A stretch of 64,000 nucleotides of DNA from a virus (taxonomy: Duplodnaviria > Caudoviricetes): IMG/VR virus record IMGVR_UViG_3300015050_001523, positions 1-64,000 of that record, one strand, 5' to 3'. The stretch's first letter is position 1. Every line of letters begins with the position of its first letter. Below the pieces are notes generated by a model. The model was not told the DNA's origin. It did not search any database and was given only the letters and a program-made list of their open reading frames with translations. Both the position numbers and the translations under genes were made by a program. Positions 10,278-20,519 of this stretch are shown in pieces.

Positions 10278-11288
10278 ATGACTGAACAAGTTGCCTATAC
10301 ATTTGATGACATTATTCTCATTCCTCAATTCTCTACTTTGAAAAGTCGAAATGATGCAAGCCCAACAATAAAATTTTGGAAATATGAACGTTCTGCTCCA
10401 ATAATTTCTGCAAATATGGAAACAATAACTGGTCCTGATATGGCAATTTCTATGTGGAATCTTGGAGGAATTGGCGCTTTGCATAGATTTCAAAGCATTG
10501 ATCAAAATGTTGAAGACTACAAAAAGGTTGTTTCGGCTGGCGCTGATTGTTTGGTATCAATAGGAGTAAACGAAGACGCTCGTGAACGAGCTGAGGCTTT
10601 ATTTAGTGCTGGTGCTCGTATGTTTGTTATCGACATTGCTCACGGTCACAGCGTCATGATGAAAGAAATTGTGGAATGGCTTAGAGAAAAATTTAAGGAT
10701 GAAGTTTTTATTGTCGCAGGAAATATTGCAACAGGTTATGCAGCAAAAGAACTATGTGAATGGGGAGCTGATTGTGTAAAAGTTGGACTTGGTAATGGGA
10801 GTGTTTGCACTACAAGAGTTGTTACTGGGCACGGGATGCCATCATGGACAGCAATAAAAGATTGCGCATATTGGACAAAGTATTATGGAAAATTGCTAAT
10901 AGCAGATGGCGGAATGAGATCTTCTGGAGATATTGTAAAAGCCATTGTTGCTGGAGCTGATTGTGTAATGATTGGCGGGTTAGTTTCTGGAACAAAAGAA
11001 GCACCAGGAAACATTACCATTAATGAATACGGCAAAAAAAAGAAATTGTATAAAGGTTCTTCAACTTATGATAGAGGACCAGGAATAGCAAAAGAAGGAA
11101 TTGAAATTGAAATTGATTATAAAGGAGAAGTTTCATCAATCATAAATGATTTGGTTGGAGGAATTAAATCCGGCATGAGCTATTCAAATGCAAGATCAAT
11201 TAAAGAATTAAGAAAAAATGCAAGATTTAAAATCCAAACAATGGCAGGATATCTTGAAGGACTTCCACATATGAAAGGAAAACAATAA
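10278..11288 (+). CDS. IMP dehydrogenase / GMP reductase family protein, no CBS domains
   Basis: [27 protein letters not shown] (catalytic Cys), [14 protein letters not shown]; GuaB and GuaC cannot be separated by eye. Confidence 0.92.
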   Translation: MTEQVAYTFDDIILIPQFSTLKSRNDASPTIKFWKYERSAPIISANMETITGPDMAISMWNLGGIGALHRFQSIDQNVEDYKKVVSAGADCLVSIGVNEDARERAEALFSAGARMFVIDIAHGHSVMMKEIVEWLREKFKDEVFIVAGNIATGYAAKELCEWGADCVKVGLGNGSVCTTRVVTGHGMPSWTAIKDCAYWTKYYGKLLIADGGMRSSGDIVKAIVAGADCVMIGGLVSGTKEAPGNITINEYGKKKKLYKGSSTYDRGPGIAKEGIEIEIDYKGEVSSIINDLVGGIKSGMSYSNARSIKELRKNARFKIQTMAGYLEGLPHMKGKQ

Positions 11289-11291
11289 ATT

Positions 11292-12770
11292 ATGGACGAT
11301 AGAGATTTTATTTACTTTATGAACGGTGCTTTAAAATTTAAGCCCGAAGAGCAAGCTTTGTCTGGAGAGCAAGTAGATCTAATAATAGAAAATGTTTGTG
11401 ATGTTTATAAAAATATTCAAACTACTGGCTATATAAATGATTTTGATTCATCACGAATGATATCATTTATAGAAGGTGCTTTGATGTATTATGACGAACA
11501 ACCATATGAAGTAAAAAAGAAAATTACTTCTATCATTAAGAATGAAGTTGATGAAGTAATGTGGAGATTTGAAAGGGATTCCGAAGACAAAATTCCATTT
11601 TTTACAAAAGAATTTGAAACAGAAAAAATAAAAAAAGATCAAAAAGAAGAAAATTTATTATTTGATATTGAAAAACAATATAATGCAATAAAAGAAAGAG
11701 AAAGAGAAAAAAAAGAGGAAGAAGAAAAAAATCTTCAGCGTGCCAAAGATGGTTATGATTGGTTGAGATCAATATTGATTGATAAGTTTGAAGAAAAAAC
11801 GGGTCAAAAAATATTAGAGACAGAGAACTATGCTAGTGCTTCCTTCCAAGAATCCCAAGAATCAAGTCGAACTTATGACAAACTTATAGATTGGGCAACT
11901 TCAACCATACCTTCTAGAGAAAAGTTGCAAAAAGTTACTTTTGATATCATTTTAGAAAATGGTGGTGGATTTACAGTTAGACAGAGGGCAGAAAATGAAT
12001 CAATTGATGAGAAGCCTTTGGCTGTATTCACAAATCGAGATGTTATTTCAGCTGCAACCGAAGACACGAGCGAACCGCGATCACCCGCGTGGTTGCTGGC
12101 ACAGCAGCGGGTCGACATGGTCCGTTCTACTGTTGATAGCGTTGGTAGCATGGCCGCAGACATAAAAGAGATGCAAAAAATGGGGCTACTGCAAAAAGAT
12201 CCTTTATTCAAAAAATCCCCAAGTTCATTTTTAGATGAAATACAAGCTGAATTAAATAAACTTAAACCAATAGAAACCTCAATATCAAAAAAAGAATCTC
12301 AAAATAAAGACAGAATTAATTTAGATTTAGAGATATTTGAAGGTGACAATGGTTTATTTTTTATAAAGCAAAATAATTTAGGTAATAAATTAGACAATTT
12401 ATTACCATCACCGACTCCATTATCTGATTTCTATAATGAACCATTCTTTAAAAAGGAAGTTCATAAAAAAGAAGGATATGAAAAACTACAACAAGAAATT
12501 GTAAAGCAACTTTCGCAACCAATTACGAACTATGAACAAATTGAAACGCAAGAAGAAGTTTTTGAATGGTTTAAAAAATTAAATGAAAAATGTAAAGAAA
12601 AATTATTTGGGAAATTTGAAAATGAAAATAATGATGATAAAAATGAAAAATCAAATGACCATATTTTTGGCATGACAGAAGACGTATCAACAAATATTCA
12701 AGAAGATAATAGTAGTTCTTTAAATTCAATTACAGAAAACATTGTTGAAAAAATATCAGAGAGTGTCTAA
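11292..12770 (+). CDS. Hypothetical acidic coiled-coil-rich protein
   Basis: 492-aa ORF in operon context. Confidence 0.8.
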   Translation: MDDRDFIYFMNGALKFKPEEQALSGEQVDLIIENVCDVYKNIQTTGYINDFDSSRMISFIEGALMYYDEQPYEVKKKITSIIKNEVDEVMWRFERDSEDKIPFFTKEFETEKIKKDQKEENLLFDIEKQYNAIKEREREKKEEEEKNLQRAKDGYDWLRSILIDKFEEKTGQKILETENYASASFQESQESSRTYDKLIDWATSTIPSREKLQKVTFDIILENGGGFTVRQRAENESIDEKPLAVFTNRDVISAATEDTSEPRSPAWLLAQQRVDMVRSTVDSVGSMAADIKEMQKMGLLQKDPLFKKSPSSFLDEIQAELNKLKPIETSISKKESQNKDRINLDLEIFEGDNGLFFIKQNNLGNKLDNLLPSPTPLSDFYNEPFFKKEVHKKEGYEKLQQEIVKQLSQPITNYEQIETQEEVFEWFKKLNEKCKEKLFGKFENENNDDKNEKSNDHIFGMTEDVSTNIQEDNSSSLNSITENIVEKISESV

Positions 12771-12781
12771 AATGGAGAAAA

Positions 12782-13570
12782 ATGTCAAATTTAATACCAA
12801 AGGTATTTTATACTATATGTCATCACTTCTTTTTAGAAGATGGAACAAAAAAACAATTCAAACTTGAATCCAAATCAACAATAATGTCGGATCCTTTTGT
12901 TGAATATATAGGAGATAATATTCTTGCAGAGTTCAAAAATATAGAGTATATTCTCGCCCCATCTCACATATCTCCAGACTTAGCATTTTACAATTCAATT
13001 GATGACATTTTTGGGATTGAAGTAAAGACTTCAAAAACTAAATCAGGAGACATTAATTTCAATTCAACTCCTCCATGTGGTAAAATCATGATTGAATTCA
13101 ATGATGAAGAAAAAATTATTCCTGCATATTATATGTTTGTTCAGTTGAATTCGGTTGAAAACGAAACTAATATATTTGAAATTGGAACAATGATGCTTGT
13201 TGATGGGGATTTTATAAATTCTGATTTTGAACTATACCTTGAAGCCATTGGAGTTAGAGAAAAAAGAATTGATCTGGGTTCTTATGGAGACGGAATGGAC
13301 CGCCAAAGACCTATGTTTGTTTTTCCAAATCCTTTGGGGATCGCCGGGATTAGAAGCGAAAGGTCAACATTAATTTCAAAAGAAAAATTTGAATCATGTG
13401 ATTTTGGAAATGAGATTGGTCTTGTTGCCATTTTAAATCGAGAAGGACAAAATTTCTTTGCATATCAATCTGTTAGAAAATTAAATGGTCCATTTGTAAA
13501 TGTTACAAGATCTACAAACACAAAAATTAGAAACAAATTAAAGATAAAAACAAATGAAATCAAAAATTGA
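12782..13570 (+). CDS. Putative Type II restriction endonuclease (PD-(D/E)xK fold)
   Basis: SPDLAF...FGIEVKT catalytic-like motif; overlaps the downstream DNA methylase by 17 nt. Confidence 0.6.
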   Translation: MSNLIPKVFYTICHHFFLEDGTKKQFKLESKSTIMSDPFVEYIGDNILAEFKNIEYILAPSHISPDLAFYNSIDDIFGIEVKTSKTKSGDINFNSTPPCGKIMIEFNDEEKIIPAYYMFVQLNSVENETNIFEIGTMMLVDGDFINSDFELYLEAIGVREKRIDLGSYGDGMDRQRPMFVFPNPLGIAGIRSERSTLISKEKFESCDFGNEIGLVAILNREGQNFFAYQSVRKLNGPFVNVTRSTNTKIRNKLKIKTNEIKN

Positions 13571-14441
13571 TATTGAATGGCAGGAACCAGAAAAACCAGA
13601 ACAACTCATTGAGTTATTTGATAAGAAGCATTTAAGTAAATATAAAATGATTGATGTTAATTTAAAAAATTATCCATTAGCGATGCCTGGCTCGAAAAGA
13701 AACCTAATTAATCAGTTGGGACCATTAATGCCGGTTCCATCGTCTGGACGCGTCATCATTCCTTTTTTTGGAACAGGAGTTGATAGCTACTACTTTCGTC
13801 AGCAAGGCTATGAAATAATCGCAGGCGACTCTCAGAAAATGCTTGTCGATCTTCATAATAGCATTTTGCATCATTATGACCTGGCAAATAATTGGATTTC
13901 AACAAAATACAACAGAACATCAGATCAATATTTACAATTAAGAGAAGAACATAATTTGAATCCGCAACCACATACTTTTTATTTGTTATGTAGGCTAGGG
14001 TTTAATAAATTGGTTAGACATAATCAGAGCGGAAAGTTCAATGTTCCTCCGGGAGAGTTTCCAGAAACTCCGATTCCATCACGACGACGAATGGAAGAGC
14101 ATTCTAGATTTATTAAAGATATTGATTATGTATCTTGTAAAGATTTCCGTGATACTTTGGCACAGGCAAAGCCAGGAGATTTAGTATATCTTGATCCTCC
14201 ATATTTAGGAACTTTTGATGCTTATACTGGCCGAAAATTTGATCATTATGGATTATTTGATTCATTGAAATTATTAACGGATCGTGGTATTTCATGGGCA
14301 TGCTCAAATTCAATTAATGCAATTGAAAAAATGCCAAAAGATTCAACGATTTATAAAATAAATCGTAGAGAAGCAATGTCTACTCATTCAAAAACAGCGA
14401 ATCGTACAGCGATTGAAATTCTTGCAGTAAAACAAATATGA
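13554..14441 (+). CDS. Dam/D12-class DNA N6-adenine methyltransferase
   Basis: PGSKRNL, PFFGTG (SAM-binding), RHNQSGKFNVPPG, VYLDPPY. Confidence 0.93.
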   Translation: MKSKIDIEWQEPEKPEQLIELFDKKHLSKYKMIDVNLKNYPLAMPGSKRNLINQLGPLMPVPSSGRVIIPFFGTGVDSYYFRQQGYEIIAGDSQKMLVDLHNSILHHYDLANNWISTKYNRTSDQYLQLREEHNLNPQPHTFYLLCRLGFNKLVRHNQSGKFNVPPGEFPETPIPSRRRMEEHSRFIKDIDYVSCKDFRDTLAQAKPGDLVYLDPPYLGTFDAYTGRKFDHYGLFDSLKLLTDRGISWACSNSINAIEKMPKDSTIYKINRREAMSTHSKTANRTAIEILAVKQI

Positions 14442-15607
14442 CAACATTAATAAATACAATTTCTAAAGTTGCAGTTTCTAATTTAAAATCTGCTATAGAA
14501 AGCGGTTCTGAAGATCCAGGTTCCGATCTTATGGAAGAATCAATAATGATGGAAGAAGATGACAAAAGTGAAGGATGCCCTAATTTTCCTGAATCTGGCC
14601 GAGTTGACGAACCGGATCCTGGTCATCCAGTTCAAATGCCATTATTTCCTGAAAATGAGAGTAAGGTCGAACAGATTGCAGAACATATTAGTATAGGAGT
14701 TGCTACAACTTGTAAATTGGGAGTACTTTGGTCAAAAGAAGACATTTTACAAGACATTAGAGATGGGAAAATTGAATCTCCACTTAAAATTATCGAAGCC
14801 AACAAGGACCTACAAAAAGCTTCTTATTTTTTGAAAGCAGCTAAATTATATCCAGACGATGATGCTCTATATAGAGAAACTGTTATTGAAACCATGAAAG
14901 CACTTGAAGTGGAAGAATTTTATCTTCCTACTCCTGCCAATAGTAAACAAATTCTTTTTCTGAAATTTGAAGAAAGAAATATGATCGCCATGCTTTCAGG
15001 ATTAGAAAGAGAGCTTGCATACAATGAACTAATTGAAGCAGTTAATTCAAAAATGTCTAAAAATGATTTCAGTGATCTTTATGCCAAGGCAAAAGATAAA
15101 TACAAAAATGATGTTGTAGAACAAATAGAGAGGCAGCTTGATCCTCGGCGCGGGTGGGCTCAGGCTGAAGAAAAAGAAGAAGAGGTTGAGTTAGAAATTA
15201 GAAGTTATCCAACCCTAAAAGAAATTTCTGAAAATACAGAAAATTTTACTCTTTTTGAGAAAGAACCTGGTTATTTACATCGAATTATTAATCCAAATGA
15301 TGAAAATTCGGCAGTATTAAACTCAAAACTAATATGCAGAGTTAGATATTTGATAAGAGAAGCCAAAGAAGATTTTTTGTATAAAACAAAAATGGAATTT
15401 CATAAAATGATGAATGTTATTCTTAGAAAGGCATATGAAGAGTGTTATCCAGACGAATATTACGATAAAAATGCCTCATTGTATGAAATAAGGAGTATAG
15501 GCTCTTTAAATGATTCAGAATATGAAATTTGCTTAAGTACTGGCCCAAATTTAGTTTATGTTCTTATGAGAATTTTTATCAATTCTGGTAATGTTAATTT
15601 TGATTAA
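14438..15607 (+). CDS. Hypothetical acidic protein
   Basis: 389-aa ORF, ATGA overlap, followed by a terminator. Confidence 0.8.
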   Translation: MTTLINTISKVAVSNLKSAIESGSEDPGSDLMEESIMMEEDDKSEGCPNFPESGRVDEPDPGHPVQMPLFPENESKVEQIAEHISIGVATTCKLGVLWSKEDILQDIRDGKIESPLKIIEANKDLQKASYFLKAAKLYPDDDALYRETVIETMKALEVEEFYLPTPANSKQILFLKFEERNMIAMLSGLERELAYNELIEAVNSKMSKNDFSDLYAKAKDKYKNDVVEQIERQLDPRRGWAQAEEKEEEVELEIRSYPTLKEISENTENFTLFEKEPGYLHRIINPNDENSAVLNSKLICRVRYLIREAKEDFLYKTKMEFHKMMNVILRKAYEECYPDEYYDKNASLYEIRSIGSLNDSEYEICLSTGPNLVYVLMRIFINSGNVNFD

Positions 15608-15613
15608 ATAAAA

Positions 15614-15633
15614 AAGAGGCGAATTCGCCTCTT
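15614..15633. terminator. Bidirectional intrinsic terminator (perfect 20-bp palindrome)
   Basis: AAGAGGCGAATTCGCCTCTT between convergent genes. Confidence 0.75.
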
Positions 15634-15653
15634 CCTTAATTAAGTTTTATTCT

Positions 15654-16082
15654 TTATTTCAAAGTGTTTTTAACAATCTTTGAAATAAAGGAACGAAATT
15701 GAGATTCTTTTATTTCGCCATATTCAATAGGATCACTAGGTGATTTTCTTCGAATTGGTTTTTTTGATCCGCGAGCGATATCAGCTGTTCTCATTTGGGT
15801 TTGAGTGTCTTCTGCTCTTTTTTTTACTTGTGGCGGCGCGATTTTAAGACCTGGGGCTGTTTGGGCAGCAGCATCGTCATCAAACCATTTGTCGTCAAGT
15901 TCCATATCTCCCTCTGGCTCAGCAGGGGGCGTTTGTTTTTTTGAAGCAAATTTATCTCTCATTTTCTGAAGAAATTTCAATTCTTGAATTTGTTCTTCGG
16001 AAAGATTTCGAGATTCGCTAACCATTTTCATATATTCGCTAGCAATAACTCTTTTAAGGCCACTTTTTGATGTATGAATCAT
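15654..16082 (-). CDS. Hypothetical protein, probably virion-associated
   Basis: Start refined to MIHTSKSGLKRVIASE; C-terminal ESQFRSFISKIVK motif. Confidence 0.75.
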   Translation of the reverse strand: MIHTSKSGLKRVIASEYMKMVSESRNLSEEQIQELKFLQKMRDKFASKKQTPPAEPEGDMELDDKWFDDDAAAQTAPGLKIAPPQVKKRAEDTQTQMRTADIARGSKKPIRRKSPSDPIEYGEIKESQFRSFISKIVKNTLK

Positions 16083-16099
16083 AATAATAAATACTTCTC

Positions 16100-16128
16100 T
16101 TGACAAGAAAAATCTTTTCATGTAGCAT
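16100..16128 (+). promoter_or_regulatory. Sigma70-type promoter TTGACA-17-TAGCAT
   Basis: -10 ends 7 nt before ATG 16136; predicted leaderless transcript. Confidence 0.7.
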
Positions 16129-16135
16129 GTTAGTG

Positions 16136-17002
16136 ATGCTACATCCTGAAGAAGTAAACTTGGTTATTGCGCATGGAAATTGTCCTGATGGTTTTGGGGC
16201 TGCATGGTCTGCATGGAAAATGCATAAATCAAATATTGAATATTATTTTGCAATTCATGGCTCGAAAGAGATGCCAAATGTTGAAGGTAAAAATGTTTTA
16301 ATGGTAGATTTTGCCTATAATTCGTTTTTGGTGATGAATGATTTAAATAGAAAAGCAAATAAAATGCTTTTATTAGACCATCACAAATCTGCAAAAGAAA
16401 GACTTGAAGGCAAAATTGATTGTGATTATGTTTTTGATATGGAAAGATCGGGTGCTCGTATGGCTTGGGATTTCTTTTATCCAGAATCTACTGCGCCTGA
16501 TTTAATTCTTCACATTGAAGATAGAGATCTTTGGAAATGGGAATTGGAAAATTCTAGAGAGTTTTTAGCATCTCTAAACAGTTATCCCCAAAATTTCGAT
16601 ACATTTGATCAGGTATCAAACCTTTCTAAAAAAGAAATAAAAGATTTTATTTCTGAAGGACGTGCCATTATGCGAATGCAAAAAATTATGATAAATCAGG
16701 CCGTTAAACATGCAGCTTTTGGACAATTAATAATGCCTGATGGACTATTTTGTAATTGTATGATTTCTAATAATTCATCAAGAGAATTAATTTCTGATAT
16801 AGGCCATGATTTAGCAATAAATGCAGGTGTTGGACTTGTATGGCACTATAACCATGAAAGAGATACTAATATTTGTTCTTTGCGTTCTGATGGAACAGTT
16901 GATGTCTCAAGTATTGCTACAAAATTTGGAGGAGGAGGCCATCACAATGCTGCCGGATTTGAATATTATGGAAAAATTACAGATATCTTTTCCTATAACT
17001 AA
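16136..17002 (+). CDS. DHH/DHHA1 family phosphoesterase
   Basis: AHGNCPDGFGAAW, MVDF, LLDHHKS, IEDRDLWKW, SLRS, FGGGGHHNAAGF; start refined from 16100. Confidence 0.92.
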   Translation: MLHPEEVNLVIAHGNCPDGFGAAWSAWKMHKSNIEYYFAIHGSKEMPNVEGKNVLMVDFAYNSFLVMNDLNRKANKMLLLDHHKSAKERLEGKIDCDYVFDMERSGARMAWDFFYPESTAPDLILHIEDRDLWKWELENSREFLASLNSYPQNFDTFDQVSNLSKKEIKDFISEGRAIMRMQKIMINQAVKHAAFGQLIMPDGLFCNCMISNNSSRELISDIGHDLAINAGVGLVWHYNHERDTNICSLRSDGTVDVSSIATKFGGGGHHNAAGFEYYGKITDIFSYN

Positions 17003-17059
17003 AAATATAAAATATCTTTATTGTTCTTGAAGAAATAGTTATAGTTATAGGAAATCCCC

Positions 17060-17434
17060 ATGCCAGAACCTGTAATGACAGATAAAGATGTAGTTGCTCT
17101 CGTTCGAAAAGAATTCGAACGAAAAGTTGCAAATTATTGCAAAGAGCGCGGAATTGAACAAGAAAAAACAGCTGATGAAGCGGGCTCAGATGATTTTAAA
17201 GAGAAAGAAGCTCCTGGTGAAAGAAGCCCGCCATCAGGAAAAAAACCGGAAGATTTAGATATAAATGCATTAAAAAAATCAATAGGATTGCGTGTAATTC
17301 ACAAAGATTCAGGTTTGGAATATTATATAAGAGGAGTAAATACAGGCACCAGCATAGTTGATCTTGAAGCTCCAGAAGGAAACCTTTTTCAAGTTGATTT
17401 CGGGGAAATAGAAAATGACTATAGGCTAGGATAA
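17060..17434 (+). CDS. Hypothetical protein
   Basis: 124-aa ORF with AGGA SD; first gene of a + strand operon. Confidence 0.8.
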   Translation: MPEPVMTDKDVVALVRKEFERKVANYCKERGIEQEKTADEAGSDDFKEKEAPGERSPPSGKKPEDLDINALKKSIGLRVIHKDSGLEYYIRGVNTGTSIVDLEAPEGNLFQVDFGEIENDYRLG

Positions 17435-17437
17435 ATT

Positions 17438-18139
17438 ATGAATAATACTGATTTACGAAAAATACTTAGAAAAGGGTTAGAATTGGATAGTTCTGAAAAT
17501 TTAAATGAAGCTTATGCTGCGCAAGAAAAAACGTATGATTTAAATACAGATTTAATTCTTGCAAAAACAAAAGATTCTCACAAACAACTTTATAAAGGAT
17601 ATGTCCAAAATCTAAATTTGGCAAGTTCAAAGCTCGATACTACTGATAAAAAATCAGCTTCTGATACTTCTGATTTCCGTTCAATTAAGCTTGATGAGCA
17701 ATACAGCATGAATGCTGTATATTTGCATGAATTGTATTTTGCAAATATATCAGACCCATATTCTGAAATTAATGTTGACAGCCTATCTCATATGAGATTG
17801 AATCGAGATTTTGGAACCTTTGATAATTGGCAAATGGACTTTAGAGCTTGTGCAATGGCCACAAGAAACGGCTGGGCTGTTTGCGCATATAGTACATATT
17901 TGAAAAAATATGTGAATATGATTATTGACGGACATAATTCTCATTGTTTGATTGGAACTTATCCAATTATTGTTCTTGATATGTGGGAACATGCAAGAAG
18001 AGATTATCTTGAAAAAAAGAATGAATATATTCGTGCAATGATGAAAGAATTAAATTGGAATGTAATTGAAGAAAGAGTTCGCAGATGTGAACTTATTTCA
18101 CAAGCTTTGAGTTCTGGAGGTAAGCAATCATGGGTTTAA
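17438..18139 (+). CDS. Fe/Mn superoxide dismutase family protein with N-terminal extension
   Basis: SHKQLYKGYV, LHELYFANI, DFGTFDNW, GWA, LDMWEHA metal-ligand motifs. Confidence 0.88.
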   Translation: MNNTDLRKILRKGLELDSSENLNEAYAAQEKTYDLNTDLILAKTKDSHKQLYKGYVQNLNLASSKLDTTDKKSASDTSDFRSIKLDEQYSMNAVYLHELYFANISDPYSEINVDSLSHMRLNRDFGTFDNWQMDFRACAMATRNGWAVCAYSTYLKKYVNMIIDGHNSHCLIGTYPIIVLDMWEHARRDYLEKKNEYIRAMMKELNWNVIEERVRRCELISQALSSGGKQSWV

Positions 18140-18696
18140 CATTAAAAGATCTTTTCATTTTAAAGAGAATATTGAAAGAAGAAACAATAAGGCTTTCAGA
18201 AGATAGTTTAGATTCTCAAATTGATAGTGTTTTATTAAGGTATCAACAAGAGGCTTCTCTTGAAGATAATGAGCTTGAAGATGCTGGTCTAAATGAAGGA
18301 TATACTATGCCAGAAAACTGGAAGCTGCTTCTTAAAGAGGCTAAAGACGACGAAGAAGAAGAAACTCCTATGTCTGGTGATGATATAATGAGTGTAGGAG
18401 ACGACATGCCACGGGCTTCGAAACCTTCTGACCCGAAACAACAAAAGCTAAATATTGATGATTTCGCACAAAAAGTTTCTAATTTATATGAGCATTATGA
18501 TAGCTTACTTAATGTGAAGCCAGTAATTGTACATAGGGCAATGCATCTCCTTGAAAAAGGGTATCCAGCAGACCTTATTCAAGAATTTCTAAAAATTCTT
18601 GAGCGAGAATTTGGTATTACCTTAGAAGGCGACAAAGAAGAAGAAAGTGGAGCAGCCCCATTCGGTGGTTCTCCTGGGCCTATTGGTGTTGGCTAA
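18130..18696 (+). CDS. Hypothetical acidic protein, probably virion-associated
   Basis: LKRILKEE leader; coupled ORF. Confidence 0.8.
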   Translation: MGLTLKDLFILKRILKEETIRLSEDSLDSQIDSVLLRYQQEASLEDNELEDAGLNEGYTMPENWKLLLKEAKDDEEEETPMSGDDIMSVGDDMPRASKPSDPKQQKLNIDDFAQKVSNLYEHYDSLLNVKPVIVHRAMHLLEKGYPADLIQEFLKILEREFGITLEGDKEEESGAAPFGGSPGPIGVG

Positions 18697-18702
18697 TTAA
18701 AA

Positions 18703-19029
18703 ATGGCGATTAGAAGAAAGAAATACCTTGCAGATCCTGATTTATCAAGCCGATATGATTTTGATTTAAGAAAATGTATACATGTTCGGCTTTATACAAA
18801 AACAAAAAATGAGCTTGATGTCATGAAATCTAGACTCAACCTTACAGTGCAAGACATATTTGAATGTTTTGCAAACGCTGTAGTTGATGGAGACACTTAC
18901 TTGATATCAATGTTAAATGAATACAAGCTTAAAAAAGATAATTCTGAAGCAGAAAGATTATTTAGTGATTCTGACGCAGAAACTCTTTTTAGTGAATTAG
19001 CAAAAAGAAATCCATTTGGTGGAAAATAA
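18703..19029 (+). CDS. Hypothetical protein (possible ribbon-helix-helix DNA binder)
   Basis: IHVRL...ELDVMKSRLNLTVQDIFECF pattern. Confidence 0.7.
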   Translation: MAIRRKKYLADPDLSSRYDFDLRKCIHVRLYTKTKNELDVMKSRLNLTVQDIFECFANAVVDGDTYLISMLNEYKLKKDNSEAERLFSDSDAETLFSELAKRNPFGGK

Positions 19030-19425
19030 ATGATAACTTTAAAAAAGATTTGGTTATGGATTAAGGCTTACTGGTACATCCCAGCAATATTATTGGCAAT
19101 TGGAGTTTCAATAATTTGTTTAGGAAAGTCTCCAAAATCTCTTATTGATATTTTATCAAAAAGGAAAGAGACTTATCAAAAAGAAATTAATGCTATAAAT
19201 AAAATTCATAAAGAAGAGATTGAAGATAGAGACAAGGCAATAAAGACATACCATAAAACCATTAAGGCGATTGAAGAGAAACATAATAAAGATACAAAGG
19301 CTTTAGACGAAAAGAAAAAGAAAGAAATCTTGAAAATTGTTAAAGAAACACATAATAATCCTGATTTATTGTCTGAAAAATTAGCAAATCAGATGGGATT
19401 TGAAGTAGTATATCCAAAGGAATAA
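19030..19425 (+). CDS. Membrane-anchored coiled-coil protein (i-spanin-like topology)
   Basis: N-terminal hydrophobic segment YWYIPAILLAIGVSIICL followed by charged heptads. Confidence 0.7.
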   Translation: MITLKKIWLWIKAYWYIPAILLAIGVSIICLGKSPKSLIDILSKRKETYQKEINAINKIHKEEIEDRDKAIKTYHKTIKAIEEKHNKDTKALDEKKKKEILKIVKETHNNPDLLSEKLANQMGFEVVYPKE

Positions 19426-19946
19426 TGATAAAGAACAAGAAAAACAACAAAGAAGCAGAATTTCGAGTCGGACGAGGAATAAGGGCAAAAAAAGTTAGAG
19501 TAATAGGTCCTGATGGTTCAAATATAGGTGTCCTTTTCCTAACCGAAGCCTTAGCTAAAGCAGAAGAATTTGGATTAGATTTGGTTGAAGTTTCTAGTGG
19601 AGAAACACCAACTTGTAAAATTTTGGATTATGGAAAAATGAAATATGATAATTCAAAAAAGGAAAAGAAAAAAGAAAAAAGAAATCATGAAATTCAATTA
19701 ACTCCAAAAATTGGAGTAAGTGATCTTGATGTAAAGATTGAAAGAGCAAGAAAGTTTTTAGAAGATGGTTCCATTGTTAATTTTGTTGTTCAATTTAAAG
19801 GAAGAGAAACATTGCACCCAGAAACAGGGTCTGTTATCTTAGATAAGATTTCTTCAACTCTTTCAAATATTTCAAATATAATAAAATCTCCAATAATGAA
19901 TGAACGACGAATGTTCATGATCCTTGGACCAAAAGCAACAAGTTGA
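19425..19946 (+). CDS. infC: Translation initiation factor IF-3
   Basis: VRVIGPDGSNIGV...ALAKAEEFGLDLVEVS...CKILDYGK, HEIQLTPKIG.SDLDVK..RARKFLEDG, FKGRE. Confidence 0.95.
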   Translation: MIKNKKNNKEAEFRVGRGIRAKKVRVIGPDGSNIGVLFLTEALAKAEEFGLDLVEVSSGETPTCKILDYGKMKYDNSKKEKKKEKRNHEIQLTPKIGVSDLDVKIERARKFLEDGSIVNFVVQFKGRETLHPETGSVILDKISSTLSNISNIIKSPIMNERRMFMILGPKATS

Positions 19947-19949
19947 TTT

Positions 19950-20489
19950 ATGAAAAAAATATATTCATTTATTTTAATAATTATTCTATTCTTTTTTTCA
20001 TTTCCAGCGAATGCTTCTCCATTTAGCATTTACAATATTCAGCCACCTGTTTCTGATGATATTTCTTTAGGAACTATTGGTGCTGGAAAGATTAGTCCCT
20101 TACAAAAAGATCAGAAAGCACCATTTGATGGAGTTTTGCTGGATCCAACTGCGGCAGCAAAAATAATTGTAAGTCAACAGCAAGCCGAAGAAAAATGCAA
20201 AATAGAAATAGAAAAAGAAGTAGCTGTTTCCAAAGCGTCTTATGAGCTTGATTTGGCAAATCTAAAAGCTTCAAGAGAAGCGCTGCAAAAGGAATTAGAT
20301 GCTAGAATTTTATTAAAAGATGAGCATATTGAATTTCTTGAAAATGAGGCTGTAAAAAATGCCAAAAAAGCAGACAATGGCAAATGGTGGCTTGTTGGAG
20401 GAATCGCTACAGGAATTTTATTAACTATTGGTGGCGCTTTTATAGTTAGAGAAATAAATTCAGGCCAGCCTATTATTGTAAATTATTAA
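19950..20489 (+). CDS. Exported coiled-coil protein with signal peptide and C-terminal TM helix
   Basis: Signal peptide ending ANA; APFDGVLL motif; C-terminal WWLVGGIATGILLTIGGAFIV. Confidence 0.75.
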   Translation: MKKIYSFILIIILFFFSFPANASPFSIYNIQPPVSDDISLGTIGAGKISPLQKDQKAPFDGVLLDPTAAAKIIVSQQQAEEKCKIEIEKEVAVSKASYELDLANLKASREALQKELDARILLKDEHIEFLENEAVKNAKKADNGKWWLVGGIATGILLTIGGAFIVREINSGQPIIVNY

Positions 20490-20519
20490 AAATATCTTTT
20501 CTGGCTCCTAATTAATAAT

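Noticed and set aside
8421-11288. 2-aminoadenine (Z-genome) pathway
   Set aside because: An HD hydrolase is present but there is no PurZ-like gene in the window
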